DNA from: the human T2T-CHM13v2.0 reference genome, Homo sapiens
Length of the DNA stretch: 64,000 nucleotides
Assembly: GCF_009914755.1 (NCBI RefSeq)
Contig: NC_060934.1
Strand: one strand, 5' to 3'
Shown here: positions 27,621 to 42,297 of the stretch, one piece after another
Position numbering within the stretch: position 1 is the stretch's first letter
Layout of the letters: each line of letters begins with the position of its first letter
Program-made: the position numbers and the translations under genes
The notes under the pieces: generated by a model
What the model was told of the DNA's origin: nothing
What the model saw: the letters and a program-made list of their open reading frames with translations, nothing else
Databases searched by the model: none

Positions 27621-30600
27621 TCTGGCTGATTCACTCTTATATCCCCTATGCTAAGGCATCATGCTTGGCACATAGTAGGGACTCAATAAATACTTGCAGA
27701 GCGAATGAATAAATGGGAGTTCAACTTGGGTAAGGCAACTTCTCTAAGGCTCTGTTTCCTCATCTCTAAAATGAGGGTAAGAAAAATATTAATAGATCTA
27801 CCTCCAACGGTTATTGTGGAGATTAAATGAGGTCATTCCCATGCATTGCTTAGCATAGTAACTGAAACATAAGATAGGGCTAAGATGTATACATACACAT
27901 AAATATAAAGCATTTTTGCAAGAGTTTACCTTTGGAGACATGGAGGAAGGTAGACTTTTATTCTTCATTTTATGAACTAAAAGCAAAAGAAGAAAACAAG
28001 TGTTGAAATTATGAGTCATTTTCAAGTTCTTTTTGTACTTTTCACTACCATTTGGAATTTTCCTATAATGAATATGCGAGGCAAAGACAGAAATGAAAGG
28101 ATAAGATCACTCAGAATTTCAGGTTTTTATAAAGCATCAGAAATGTAAGACTTTTTTCTGCTACTGCATGGCCCATTTCTCTGACTCTTTGAATGTGGGT
28201 ATTATTCTCATCTTTCTCCCTCCTCTTCTCTTTTTGGTTAAAAGTAAAGAGAGCTTTTGAAGCTATTATGGAACAAGAACAACAGCCTAGTTCATCCTCA
28301 CATTTTGGAGCCTCTTATTCCTTCCAAAGAACAAACACATCTATTTAGTGGCTAAGAGTCTCTTGAGCTGAAACCATTCATCACCATAACTACATTCAAA
28401 CTGTCTGAGGTATACATTATAACTAAGAAAATGGGGTTCCTCATTGGAATTTACAAACTAAATATTCAAAGAAGGGTTCTGATGCTTTTAAAATAGGGGC
28501 GCCACCAAAAGGTAAAGTAAGACATGTGGTTGAAGACACAGGAAAGGGCAGAGGTCACCAGAAAAGTTGGTTGTCACGCCTGATCTTAGGGCCTCATAAA
28601 GAAATAATTATGGCAGAATGAGCCCTAAGAAGCAAGCACTTTAGCATGGCTCTCCCTGGACAAAGTGGAGAGGCCCTTCCACCCTAACTTATCCTATTGT
28701 CCTGGTCTTCAGTCTTTCCTGTCTGTTTGCCTTTCCTGGTGTTAATATACTTGTTCCTAAGGTTTTCACCCTGCTGACTTTTAGCTCTTCTTGCTAAGAT
28801 TCCTGGCTGTACATTAGAAAACTCCTGAGCAACTAAACACAAAAAAATATTTGGCAGGGGGATAGGGGGTGCTTCTAGGCCCTAACTAAGACCTGTTAAA
28901 TTAGAGTCTCTTTCGGGTGGCTCCTGGGCATTGGGGTTTTTTTGTCCTTTTTTTTTTTTTTTTTAAATCTAAAGCTTCCCAGTTGATTCCAATATGTAGC
29001 CAGAATTGAGACCAGAAAGCTGTTAATACCCAAGTAGTATACTAATATTAATAATGATCATAATAGATTAATAACTAACATTGAATGAACTTTAAATGTG
29101 TTAGCTGATTTAATTCTCAATGACTCTGAGGCAGTTACTATTATTATTAATGTACCCCTTCTACAGATGAAGAATTCAAGATACCAAAAATCTACATAAT
29201 TTGGCAAACAAGTAAATGCTAAAGTTGGAATTCAAACACAGGTAGTTTAGTGTCCGAGCCCACACTCTTCACCACTACACTGGTGGATTGCCCACCTGCA
29301 ATGTTAAAAATCGCAGAGGATAGTGATGATACTGCAGACACACTGCCTGCATTTTGTCTCCTCCTTGTTAGGCTGAGCCATTCATACCTCAGTGGTCCAC
29401 ACCTTAAAGGCAGGATATAAAGGTAAATATATGTACCTTCTCTGATATGAACTAGAGACTCCATCCCTTCTTTTTAAGTAATGTAAATGATTAACCAGCT
29501 TTCTGTTATTCCTTTCAGAATCTCATTCATAGAATAAACTCCTGGCATAAATTAGTATCATAAGTTTTCTATTATTGCTCATTAATCAGTATGTGATGTA
29601 AGATCAAGCAGTAAGAGTTCCCCCCAACCCCAAAGAATGGTCTTTCTGTTTGTGACAAATTATTCTTGGCAATGTAATTAGCCAGTTGGGTTATTGAAAC
29701 AGATGGGAAATGTTACTTCCAACATTTTAGAACTGAAATGATTCTTAGTCTGGTGATAAATGTCAATTAAAATAGTTCTCCTTTCACAGAAAAAATTAAG
29801 AAAAAATTAGTTCAAGAAAATATCAATCATGATTGCCAGCGGAAATTTGTTTCTGCAGTAAAACAAGCAAAACAAATCAAATCCATTAAAACTAGCAACA
29901 GACTGTCTTCTGAAGTCAAGTTCACATCTGGAGATTTTTATAAACTTTATTGGAAAAGTTCTGGTTATCTATATTTTTAGCATAGCAAAATATTCTTCTT
30001 GTTTGTTGAATTTGATATAAAATGTTATTTTTAGCCAAGTCCTGGGGCAACTCCTACATGGCTGGAAAATGTTCTCGGTGTTAACAAAGATGCAAAGATC
30101 TTAAATATTAATGTTATCAATCAACTGGATACTCTTAAGTATTATTTGTAATTATGTCCAATGTCATCACCACAGGGCTGACCAACAAGCAAAGAGCTGA
30201 CAGTAGTAGCAAAATGTAGAAATCTCTGGTAAGCATGTTGTGTTTATCAATCCTCTTCAAATAGATGAAATTAAATTGCATTTAAAGAATGTTACTTATA
30301 TTAGGCATTTTTTGTGAAAGACGTTTTAAACTATGGTGTCAGAAAACAGAAATACTAAACAGAATGCATTTAACAGGACCTTGAAATCACTGAATACTCA
30401 CCTGTGTAAAAGTCAAAGTTCAGATAATTGAAATGTTCTTACTAGTCTCAAGATGTCTTTTGGTTACATAGAAATTTCCATGCTGAATTTTGATTTTTTT
30501 AAAAAGCCATTAATATGAGTCAAAATCCATTATTTCACAAGTAAATGACCTTTTTATTAAAAAAAAAAAAGAGAGAGAGAGAAGAGCAAGGAACCACCCA

Positions 30601-32299
30601 CATCTAACCTCTTAAATCTGAGATCAATATATCAAAATTTTAATGTACATTGAAAACATTTGCATTTTATTCCACACACTACCTTTTCTTCATAATTTCT
30701 TATTCTGGACATATAGCAGTTTTTTTTGTCTTTTAAAACAGGAAAAATAAACAAACATGGTCTTATTATTGTTACTAAGTCACAGGTAGTAAAGATGGGA
30801 CCAGGAGAACCTTGGAGGACTAGAAACTTCTCAAGAGTAGTTAGATTTCACATTCAGAGGGAGGACTCAGAGTCCTGCCTGGGACATACATTTGCATTCT
30901 AGGCTCAAGAGCAAATATGTCAGCTTTCCTTTGGTCAAACAATCTTTGCTACAGGTCCTAGGTAGTTATATCAGTGGAACCTACTAAAGATGATGGAATT
31001 TGTGGTATTTCAGGGTAGGAGGTAAAGTCTTAGCAGGCTCAACTATACATGATCTTAAAACTAAATTTGAAATGCAGATGTTCTATGAGTTAGTTGGATA
31101 TTGTAGTTATCCCATCTATCAACTGATCACATTTGGTATGAGCTTGTTAGTTCTGATTAGGACTCATCTCAACATAATAAGAAGGGTGGCATTTAGGGCC
31201 CAGTGTGGGGGCCTAGTGATCACTGCTGGGACACTGCTTCTAAATCAACATAACTAACCTCTCTAGGATGGCAGGCTGAGGCTGCTCAAGTACTTCCTGT
31301 CTGGCATCTGGGACAGGGCTGAGTCTCTGGGTGGGAAGATGGGTGGGAGGACTGAGGCTGATGAGTATATGATATAAATGAGAGCCATTGGAATGGCTCC
31401 ACATACAGGACATGTTGATAAATCATTTTAACATATTTTGCTTTCTCTCTCTGGTGGCCCATTGAGAATCAAAACTTGCAGTGAGTGACTCTATAAAACG
31501 GAAAATTGAATCAAGTCTGAAAATGATCCACATAGTTCTACAGCAGGGCTGGACACCGTGGTCAGGACCTCAATATATTCTGCTTCCACAGAATTCAGAC
31601 AGTTCAGAGTTTGGTGAATTAACCTCAAAGGCAGCAAGATATCTGTCCCGGGAGTCAGCAGGTAAGCATAGCAGAAATGGCTGGAGCAGCGGGAGCCTGC
31701 TTTCCTTCTGTTGGCTGCTAGCGTCCACTCCATTATAGCTCCTGATGGAAGATTTCTACAGAGTGATGCCTCAGAATCTTCCTTATACCTTTCTTCCATG
31801 ATCCTTGCACCTCTTTTTCTAGATTTGCCCACATTCTTATGTGCAAGTAACTAGATATACATTATCAGACAAGCTAGCAGACCTGCATATATCCACTTCC
31901 CTACTTTTCCTATAATTTCTTCACCTGAACCTCTATCATTCTTCTCTTTCTGTGTTGACTCTGGTGTTAACCTTGCAGGCAAGTTGAGCGTGGGTTTGGT
32001 GTCACAGTGAAGGACTAAGGGAATAGTTAGCCTTCTATTTATTAACAAATCTTCCCTTTGATGTCTGGATCAGTGTCTCTCTAATAGGAATTATTGGCAT
32101 GTTAAGGCAAAAGAACATATGCTTATTGAGTGCTGACTGATTGGGGTTAATACTAATTTGATACTATTAAGGTGTGGGGCCCAGGAATGCCAAAATTCTA
32201 CCTCAATGTAGAGCCACCATTCCCCTTGAGGTAACCTAGGTGGGATAGATATACGTGTAAGGGCTAATGGAAGATAGGGAATCAAAGTATCACTTTATT

Positions 32300-32376
32300 T
32301 TTTATTTTTATTTTTTATTTAATTTTTTTGAGATGGAGTCTTGCTCTGTTGCTAGGCTGTAGTGCAGTGGCGCAAT
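32300..32376 (-). mobile_element. Extremely 5'-truncated Alu (last ~47 nt plus tail)
   Basis: GAGATGGAGTCTTGCTCTGTTGCTAGGCTGTAGTGCAGTGGCGCAAT flanked by a 16-bp TSD AAAGTATCACTTTATT (32284-32299 / 32378-32393). Confidence 0.92.
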
Positions 32377-33048
32377 GAAAGTATCACTTTATTATTATCT
32401 GAGCTTGTGCCCTAAACTTCACTGCAGAATATGCTGGTAAAATGGACTGGATTACAGGATTTAGAGGCAAGGTCCACAGGTCAGGATAAGAGGTAAAGAG
32501 GGAAATCTTTCTCTCTTCCTAAGCCCAAACCCTCCATGACAATTGAGATTAAAAAAAAAAAATAAACTGATGAGAGAATCCAAGCACAGTTGATCAAAGA
32601 GGAAAGAGAAATGATGATGTTTCCCTCTTTCTTTTTCATGAGAAAGTGGCTCTCTTATTGATCGGCTACTTGATTAGAGAAACAGTGGGGGAAAGAACTA
32701 CCATATCCACATGTGCAATTTTTTAAAACACACAGTGATTCTGGACACTAGTATAAATTCCCAGTCAGTGTTCTGGCCATCTGACTACTCAGGTTATAAT
32801 ACCTAATTTTTACAAGGGAGTTGGGAAGTGTGCCAAACCTGTAGAAGTCTATATCTACTGTATTCAGATTTTATATGCATTATTTTATATAACCTTTTGA
32901 CCTCTCTCCTCTATCATCACTTGAGTGATTTCATCCAGCGTCATCATTTAACATATTTTAAATAACTCTATATACTGATAATTCCCAAATTTATATCTCC
33001 ATCCCCGATTGTTCTCCTAACCTCCAGCCTCTAATATCCAACTGCCTA

Positions 33049-33512
33049 CTCAAGCCTCAGCAATGGTGAGCGCCCCTGCCCCAGCCTCGCTGCTGCCTTG
33101 CAGCTCGATCTCAGACTGCTGTGCTGGCAATGAGCGAGGCTCCGTGGGCGTGGGACCCTCCGAGCCAGGCGCAGGATATAATCTCCTGGTGTGCTGTTTG
33201 CTAAGACCGTTGGAAAAGCACAGTATTAGGGTGGGAGTGACCCAATTTTCCAGGTGTCGTCTGTCACAGCTTTGCTTGGCTACGAAAGGGAATTCGCTGA
33301 CCCCTTGCACTTCCTGGGTGAGGCAATGCCTCGCCCTGCTTCGGCTCATGCTCAGTGCGCTGCACCCACTGTCCTGCACCCAGTGTCCGACGAGCCCCAG
33401 TGGGATGAACCCGGTACCTCAGTTGGAAATACAGAAATCACCCGTCTTCTGTGTCCCTCATGCTGGGAGCTGTAGACTGGAGCTGTTCCTATTTGGCCAT
33501 CTTGGAACTGCC
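33049..33512 (-). mobile_element. Solo L1PA (PA4/PA5-like) 5'UTR, roughly nt 1-465, 3'-truncated, no poly(A)
   Basis: Minus strand begins GGCAGTTCCAAGATGGCCAAATAGGAACAGCTCCAGTCTACAGCTCCCAGC (YY1 site kept); 17-bp direct repeat TAATATCCAACTGCCTA at 33032-33048 and 33527-33543. Confidence 0.93.
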
Positions 33513-33572
33513 TTGCATTCAGTTTTTAATATCCAACTGCCTATACGATATCTTCACTTGGATTTTGAATAG
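33063..33572 (+). other. L1 ORF0-homologous ORF, extended to 169 aa
   Basis: MVSAPAPASLLPCSSISDCCAGNERGSVGVGPSEPG...IRVGVTQFSRC matches recalled primate L1 ORF0 (MAGAPPPASLPPCSLISDCCAS...); ATG context GCAATGG; translation not shown by the sequence. Confidence 0.75.
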
Positions 33573-34297
33573 GCATATCAAACTTGTCATGTTCAAAAGT
33601 GAGGTTCTAATCTTCCCTCCCAAACCTGCTTCTCCCATGGCTTTCCCCATCTCAGTAAATAGGAATTTCATCCTTCCAATTGCTCATGCCAAAAATTTGG
33701 GAGTTATCCTTGACTCTTCTCTTTCTCACACCCCACATTCAATCCATCACCACATTCTGATGCCTCTATCTTCAAGATATACTTAGACTTTCACCACTTT
33801 TCTTCACTCTGCAATTACCACTTTGGTCCAAGCCACTGTTATCTCTTTCTTGGATTATTGTAATAGCTTCCTAATAATTTGTCCCCTTTCTTCCACCTTT
33901 GTTTCCCCTACAGTATAATCTTAACGAAGCAGCCAGAATGGTTGCCTACAAACCTTTAAAATGGTAAGCCAGAACATGTAGGTATATTCAAAACCTTCCA
34001 ATGGCTTGTCATGGAACTAAAAGTCTCTACATTGGCCTATAAGACCCTATGTCATCTACCCCTAGTCTCCTCCTTTCTAACTTCATCTCCTGCTATGCTG
34101 TCCTTCAACTCACTCTGCTCCAGGTGCTCTGGCCTCCTCAAACACACCACACACACTTGCAGCTCACAGTCTTGGCACTTGCTGTTCTTCTCCTCTAGGA
34201 CCTTCTTCCTCCAACTGTCTGGTTCACCCACCCCTTCCTTCTGGATTTCTGCTCTGATGTCATTTTATCAGTGGGCACTTCCCAATTTCTCTATTTA

Positions 34298-34768
<471 letters not shown>

Positions 34769-35141
34769 TTTTTTTAATTAATTAAAATAATTTTTTTTAA
34801 AAAAACAGAGACTGAAACTAGAACTCAATAGCCATTTTGAATCCAAGGCAGCTCTAGAATGCTCAGCACCAAGAGTTCATGAATCTCTACTGCTTAGCCA
34901 GCAATATGACTCAAAAACTCTCCAGTGTTTGCTTCTCTATGTCTAATCACCAGTAGACAGAAATCTCTTCATCTTCTACTCTATGTCTCCACGTCATAAG
35001 TTGCTACTAATCCAGAAGTTCTTCTTACTCATAATTTTTACCTTCTTGTAACTGTTACTCAGGTCTTTTTTTGCCCCTCCCTATCTAATGATCTCTCTTT
35101 TTCTGCATAAATTTTTAGCCTTAGCTCTTGATTTTAGTTAC

Positions 35142-35148
<7 letters not shown>

Positions 35149-35218
<70 letters not shown>

Positions 35219-35492
35219 TCTCGCTCTGTCTCCTAGGCTGGAGTGCAGTGGCACGATCGGCTCACTGCAACCTCCACCTCCCAGGTTCAAGCGATTCTCC
35301 CAAGTAGCCTCTAAAGTAGCTAGGACTACAGGCAGGCACATGCCACCACACGTGGCTAATTTTTGTATTTTTAGTAGAGACAGGGTTTCACCATGTTGGT
35401 CGGGCTGGTCTCAAATTCCTGACCTCAAGTGATCTGCCTGCCTTGGCCTCCCAAAGTGTTGGGATTACAGGCATGAGCCACTACACCTGGCC
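35149..35492 (-). mobile_element. AluS whose tail is a compound microsatellite (TG)17(AG)15
   Basis: (TG)17 at 35149-35182, (AG)15 at 35183-35212, then reverse Alu body ending CCTGGCC. Confidence 0.93.
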
Positions 35493-35696
35493 CTTTCTGT
35501 ATTTCTTAATTCAAATTCCCCAAAGTGAGAATTTGGTTGTCCCAGTGCATCCCAGTGTTTGATTGGCACTTTCATGCCAATCAACTTGTAAAACTGCCAG
35601 TGAGCCTAGGGACTGGCTGCCCGCAGGTTGGTGCTTGCCTCTGTTCTAATCAGCAGCTGAGGAGAGCAGAATCATGTATACAAAACACAGCTGCAG

Positions 35697-36066
<370 letters not shown>

Positions 36067-39000
36067 TCAGAAAGTGTTAAGGGCCTGTCTCCCACCATAA
36101 TTATCTAGTGCAGATGGTAAAGGAGTTAGAAATCTAGAAGCATCTAGGTATTTTACTTAACCAGATAGATGAACACACCAAAGGCAGAAATTTAACTCGA
36201 GAGTCTATGATTCTAATGCATCTCAGAAGGAAATAACTTAAATAATATCTTCACAGGTACTGACTTAGTTATAACCCTTCAGGAAAAGCATGTAGACACC
36301 ATTATGGACAGTTCAAAGAATACATCTTTTTAAAGAGCAGTGATAATTAAGTAAATAAGAAACTATTCTGGCTAAAAAGGGTTATAGAAAACAATATGAT
36401 ACATTTATATTCATTTTTACAGGGTATATAATCATCCTAATTTTGAATGGCCTGTTCCATTTTATCTTCTTCATCTTAAAAATGACTGAGCTAGACAAGA
36501 AGTAGTGTAAAGGAGGTCATAAAAATTACAGTGGCAAGATAGATCCCAAAGGTGAATGACTAGGACTTTTAAGTTGGGAGAAAAACAGTAGAAATCTGAT
36601 AAGGGCTATAAAATAATAAATGTTAAAGAGAAGGATGATTGGATGCTTATTTACATTTTCTAATAATAAAGGAATAAAAATACACTTGATAAAATGAAAA
36701 GGCAGAAAAATTTAAAACTCATGAGTCTTTTTTCAAACTTAATTAACTTTAGAACTTCAATCATAGGATAATTGCTACAGATAGTTTAGGATGATTCAGA
36801 AAGATTAAGCATTCATGGGAATGAGGATAGCGTTTCCAGCACCAGAATTAAAACAAAAATAATGAGCATTAGAAAGTCCTGAGACTTCAGGGCATACACT
36901 GAGCATAAGCCAGAGGAAATGTTCCCAGCTGGTATAATATTGTCGACCTGCCAGGATTGCTGGTGATCTACAAGCCTCTGAGCATGAACTGGGGGTTAGC
37001 ACTGGCTTCTCTGGTGGTTTCCTTTGAGTCATTGCATCCTCAAAGGCCATATTACCAACACAGTATTGCTGCTTTGCTGTTTATTCATACATATTTTTGG
37101 TGTCTGGCTAGCTCAGAATGCCCATATTTTTTCTCCTTTTAATGAGGCTAATTTTTTTCTAATTTTGAGTGATCATTTTCAGTTTTACCCTTTCCAATCT
37201 TTCTCTAATAAGTATTTCATTTTGACTAGTCTGCATGTTTAAAAGAAGATCGGTTGATCCAAGAATCTGTCAGTAATGATGTTATTATTTATGCAGAGGA
37301 GAGTTGGGATAATCTTAGAGACTGACATTTCCTTAAGCACCCTCCTAGCCATTAAAAATAGCAGAACTGTTGCTGATGATATCTGCCAGACTTGAGTTTG
37401 GGAAGAGTGTTTCCCAGTGAAGACCTAACCTTTCATTTTAATTCTCCCCTTAGATTCATTCGCTGTGTAGTTCAGAGATGCCAAAATTCCACTGCTAGTT
37501 TTGACCTCCACTTAGGGGATGTAAGCAGCTACCTACCATAACTGACTTGAGATGTATGTCAAATCTTTCATCCAGGAGCCACTCTGTCTCAAATCTCACC
37601 GTTAGTATTTAACTCCTTTGTGTTCATTCCCTCTTTTGGTATTCTTGTAAAAATAAGCATTCCCTCCATGGATGAGATATTATGCTAAGATCACTAGAGG
37701 ATGTTAGTGATTCTCAGATAGTGTTTCCTCTAAGAGGCCAGGTAACAAAGAATGTCCACACTGTGTGCGCTGGGTTGGGGGGAGTTGTTGGTGGCAGTAG
37801 AAGTGATATATCTTTATATTTTTCTTATATTCGTTATGAAAACTACTCTCAAGAATAGGTACAAAGTCATTCATGGTAAGATGTTAATAACTGGTACAAA
37901 CAAAATGTGTTAGCCTTTCAAAGCCTTTCGCAATGGAACAAGTGCCCCTAAACCTTTAGCCTAAAGGACAGAATCCTTAGCTGGAATTCCAAGTTTATAG
38001 CAAGAGTGTGGGGGCAGTGTATTTTGTTCTCTGGGGTCTTCCGATGGTCACTTCAGTCACCCTACACAGGTGGTCAGTTACCTTGCCTAGGCATAAAGCA
38101 ATGGGCTGTGAAGTTGCTGCTCCCCCACCACTCCCTGCCCCAGTGACAGGCGATGGGGCTGTAGCTGCAGAGGAATTATTGAGCTTGCTCTGTGGTTCAC
38201 CAGTGTTACATGGCCCCACTGGGTCCTTGTGCAGAGAAAGGAATCGAAGCTGACACAGTTCAATAAGGTTTCACTGTTTTTAAAATAATTTTGACATCTT
38301 ATCTTATTTGGACTTTGGATTCTTCCAACAATGTTCAGGGATGCTCAATATTTTTTGCTCTTTTATGAATAAAGAAACAGGGTGAATGAGGCATGCCCTG
38401 TTTGGTTGTTGAGACTGGGTCTGCTGGCTCTTTGTCCAGTTCTCTTGGCACTACCTCCTGCTACCTCCATCAAGGATTGTGTCCAGTAATAAAGAACATG
38501 GCCATAAAACATGTCCTAAAATATCTGCTACCAAGTGGTTCAGATAACTTAATAAATAAAATTGTCACACATGCTTCCTAATTGTAGATATAGCATTTTC
38601 TGTTTACCCTGGAACAAATTTTCCTAGGAAAGTATGCTTCCATTTCCTGTGCGGAGAGACTTTTAGACTACGTTCCAATTTAAAAATGTAGAACTTGGGG
38701 CTCTGGCTTAAAATCAGCAAGGTTCATGTTGACTTTTTTTCATTTAATTTTAAATTTCACATCAGCTTTTGCAGAGGGGTACAAGTGAGGGACTTAAAAT
38801 GAGAAGAATCATAAGCCTGGTTTTAATTTACTTGTGTACATTTTCAGAATTACTGTGCCTGAAGTCTTCCAAGACTGATGGTTTTAATAAGTGGAATGTC
38901 GTGTTATCGGGATTTGTGGGGCCTGGCTATCATTTGTCAGATATTTTTCTTTTTTTATGTGTGTGCTGTTTTGTGGTTCCTTTTTGTCTCTGAGCTCTTC

Positions 39001-40302
39001 AAGAAAACCTTGTTGCATCCTGATAGCTTTGTCTCTCCTTTGAGAGGGTCCATAATTCTCTTTCATGCTCCTTTCCTTGTAAACATAAACGTATTTTCCT
39101 GTGTCAGAACCCCAAGCAGCTTTCTAAAAGCCAGTATGTTATTGTTCTTATGAATTGTTTATTTTGCTTGGAAGCTTTTGTTTTTTAAGTACTTCCTGTG
39201 ACTGACTTTTTCTTTAAACAGAGAGCACATGAAACAATCCTCAATTTAAGGATTATAGAAATTTTTACCTGGTTTATCTACATGTGAATGATGCCTTATT
39301 GTAGCAGTTGTTGGATGTTCTCACAACCAAAACGATCCTTTCTGTTTCTCAAAATCAAAAGTGCTTCTCTTTATGTTCAATGACACTTAAAATTGGTTTA
39401 TTTAGATTTAAGATGATACAACACAATGCAGCGATTCCTAATAAGAGTTACCTTGAGAAATTAGAATTATCTCTTAGGGAAAATTTATGACATCTGAAAA
39501 TAAAATAGTATGACATTTTCTTTTTTGCTACTTGATTCAAATTGAACTTCTGTTCATTTTAATTCACAGAACTGTATTCTTAAAAAGAGTCCCAGCAACT
39601 CCCCGCCCCCTGGCCTTTTATGAAGAAAAGTGCCAGCAAATGATTTCCTGTATGGAATGGAGGAAAGGTCCCTGACCCTTTTATCTTCCTCATGTCCTCA
39701 TCCCTTTCAACATTATCCCAAGGAGGAGAAAACGGGGAAGCCTATTAGTTGTTTTGCAATAGCTTCAGGAGTTCCAAATTCAGGCACTTCTTGACACATT
39801 TTGTCCATCACTAGGCCATGCCCTTTCTTCATTTGTTTCCTTTCCTTTTTCTCACTCTCTCTCCTGGTTTGGTGAATCCAATTTTCACATCTTCATTTTC
39901 AAGAGGAATATTCTGTTGCTGACTCTGCTTGTCTAATTGCTATTTTTCTTTTTAAAGCATGCCTATTTTCTTTCCAGCTCTTCTCTCCATATTTAGGCAG
40001 GAACTGTAATCAGCTAGTTAATATAGCAATATAGCAGATTATATTATTGATAATCTGCTGTGTTACAGACTGGGCTGGGCTTTCAATTTATGCCTTTAAC
40101 CATTCTGGTGAACTTTCATTTGGTTCTGAGTTTTTGGTTCAAGGTTTGTGCTTTGGCTGTTTATTTTTTTTTTGTTTACTCCACTGTTTACTTATATGAT
40201 CTTGGCCAAGTCACTTAACTTTATTGAACCTTGGAAAATAAGGAACTTTGGCTACATCCATCTTTAAAATTATCTCCTCTTCTTCTAGGTTTGCCTGTTT
40301 TT

Positions 40303-40309
40303 GTATGTG

Positions 40310-40343
<34 letters not shown>

Positions 40344-40367
40344 CGTGTGTGTGTGTATGTATGTGTA
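40303..40367. repeat. Imperfect (TG)n microsatellite
   Basis: TGTATGTGTATGTGTGTG...TGTATGTGTA. Confidence 0.9.
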
Positions 40368-41185
40368 TTGACCCAAATCCCTTTCAGTAAACCTTTCCTT
40401 TACATGGGAATATAATCTCTTCCTAATAATAATTTTTGGTGAACATTAAATATCAAAGTTCGTTTAATGCTTTATATCATTTACTAGGTGCTTTCATATG
40501 TTCTATTTGTACCCTCATCTCAGTCCTAAAATGAACATTGATAGATATTTGACTACTCTAATTTTATATGTTGGGAAACTAGGGCACAGACATTAATGGA
40601 TCACTCAAGGGTAACCAGCATATAGACAGCAGAATTAGGAATCAAACCCAGGTTTTTATGAGTCTTTGGTGCCATGACTCTCTATTTTATTATGAATGCA
40701 CATATTTATTTGTTATTTTTATCTGTCTTAGAATTTTTAATTTTCAATCGATCAAAGAGTACTAAAAGCCTTATAATAAAATGTACATCTCCTGCCCTTC
40801 TTTCCTATGCCCCAGAGTAAGAAGCTTTCAAATCTTTTCTTCAATGTAGTGTGATTATACTGCTATTTCTGGATGTATTAATTTGGACATATAATGACTT
40901 CTTGCTAAAAAATTAGGATTTAACATTACTGTTTCCCTGCTTCTATCTTTTAAAAATAGGTAATTCTAATTTTTGGTTAAATTGATGGTCAATGTTTACC
41001 TTACTATAACTATGTAAGCAAGTATTGATCACATCTTGTACATTTTTTTTCTAGTCAACAATTGCCTTATTTTATTCATTTTCTCAAATTCTTATGTGTT
41101 TATTCTATTTCTTCCCTCAATACTCCAAGATGTGTCACATCTTGTTAATCTTCTTTCCAAAAGTCCAAACATTTCCAAATACTCA

Positions 41186-41602
41186 TGTATTAGTCAGTTC
41201 TCACACTACTATAAAGAAATATCTGAGACTGGATAAATTATGAAGAAAAAGGTTTAATTGGCTTACGGTTCTGTAGGCTGTACAGGAAGCATATTGGCTT
41301 CTGCTTCTGGGGAGGCCTCAGGAAACTTACAGTCATGGCAGAATGGGAAGCAGGCATGTCTTACATGGCTGGAGCAAGAGGAAGAGAGGAAGCAGGGAGG
41401 TGCCACACACTTTTAAACAACCAGATCTCATGATAACTCACTCACTCACTATCACGAGAATAGCACTGAGGGGATGGTACTAACCCCTTTTATGATACCT
41501 CCACCCCCATGATCCAATAACCTCCCACCAGGCCCCACCTCCAACACTGGGGATTGTAATTCAACATGAGATTTGCTGGGGACAAAGATCCAAATCATAT
41601 CA
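41186..41602 (-). mobile_element. MSTA MaLR solo LTR
   Basis: TGTATTAGTC...GGGGAGGCCTCAGGAAACTTACA...CAAATCATATCA with 5-bp TSD ACTCA (41181-41185 / 41603-41607). Confidence 0.92.
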
Positions 41603-41960
41603 ACTCATATCCATGATCTTCATGGATACCTCTCTCCCTAGCCCTCTGTTCCAGGTTAGATTGATTATTCTGTTGGCCTGGGGCACAGCTGTATGTCATC
41701 CTGAGATGTCCCTGCACAATTCTCTTCTGTTTTGTCTCTTCCTTTATTATATTTTCTAGTAGTAGCCTAAAAAAGGGCACACTGGGAGATAAATTTTATA
41801 AATGCTTGTGTGTCATTATCCTCATATCTTACTGTTAAATGTCTTTATCCTCATACTTTACTGATAGCTTGGCTGGGTATAGAATTCTAGGTTGAAAATA
41901 ATTTTCCCTTATATATCTACTTTTTCCCTTACATCTCAGGTTTGTTGTTGAGAATTTTAA

Positions 41961-42297
<337 letters not shown>

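Noticed and set aside
40033-40059. 10-bp stem hairpin AGCAGATTAT/ATAATCTGCT
   Set aside because: Isolated and short; plausible by chance in 64 kb.
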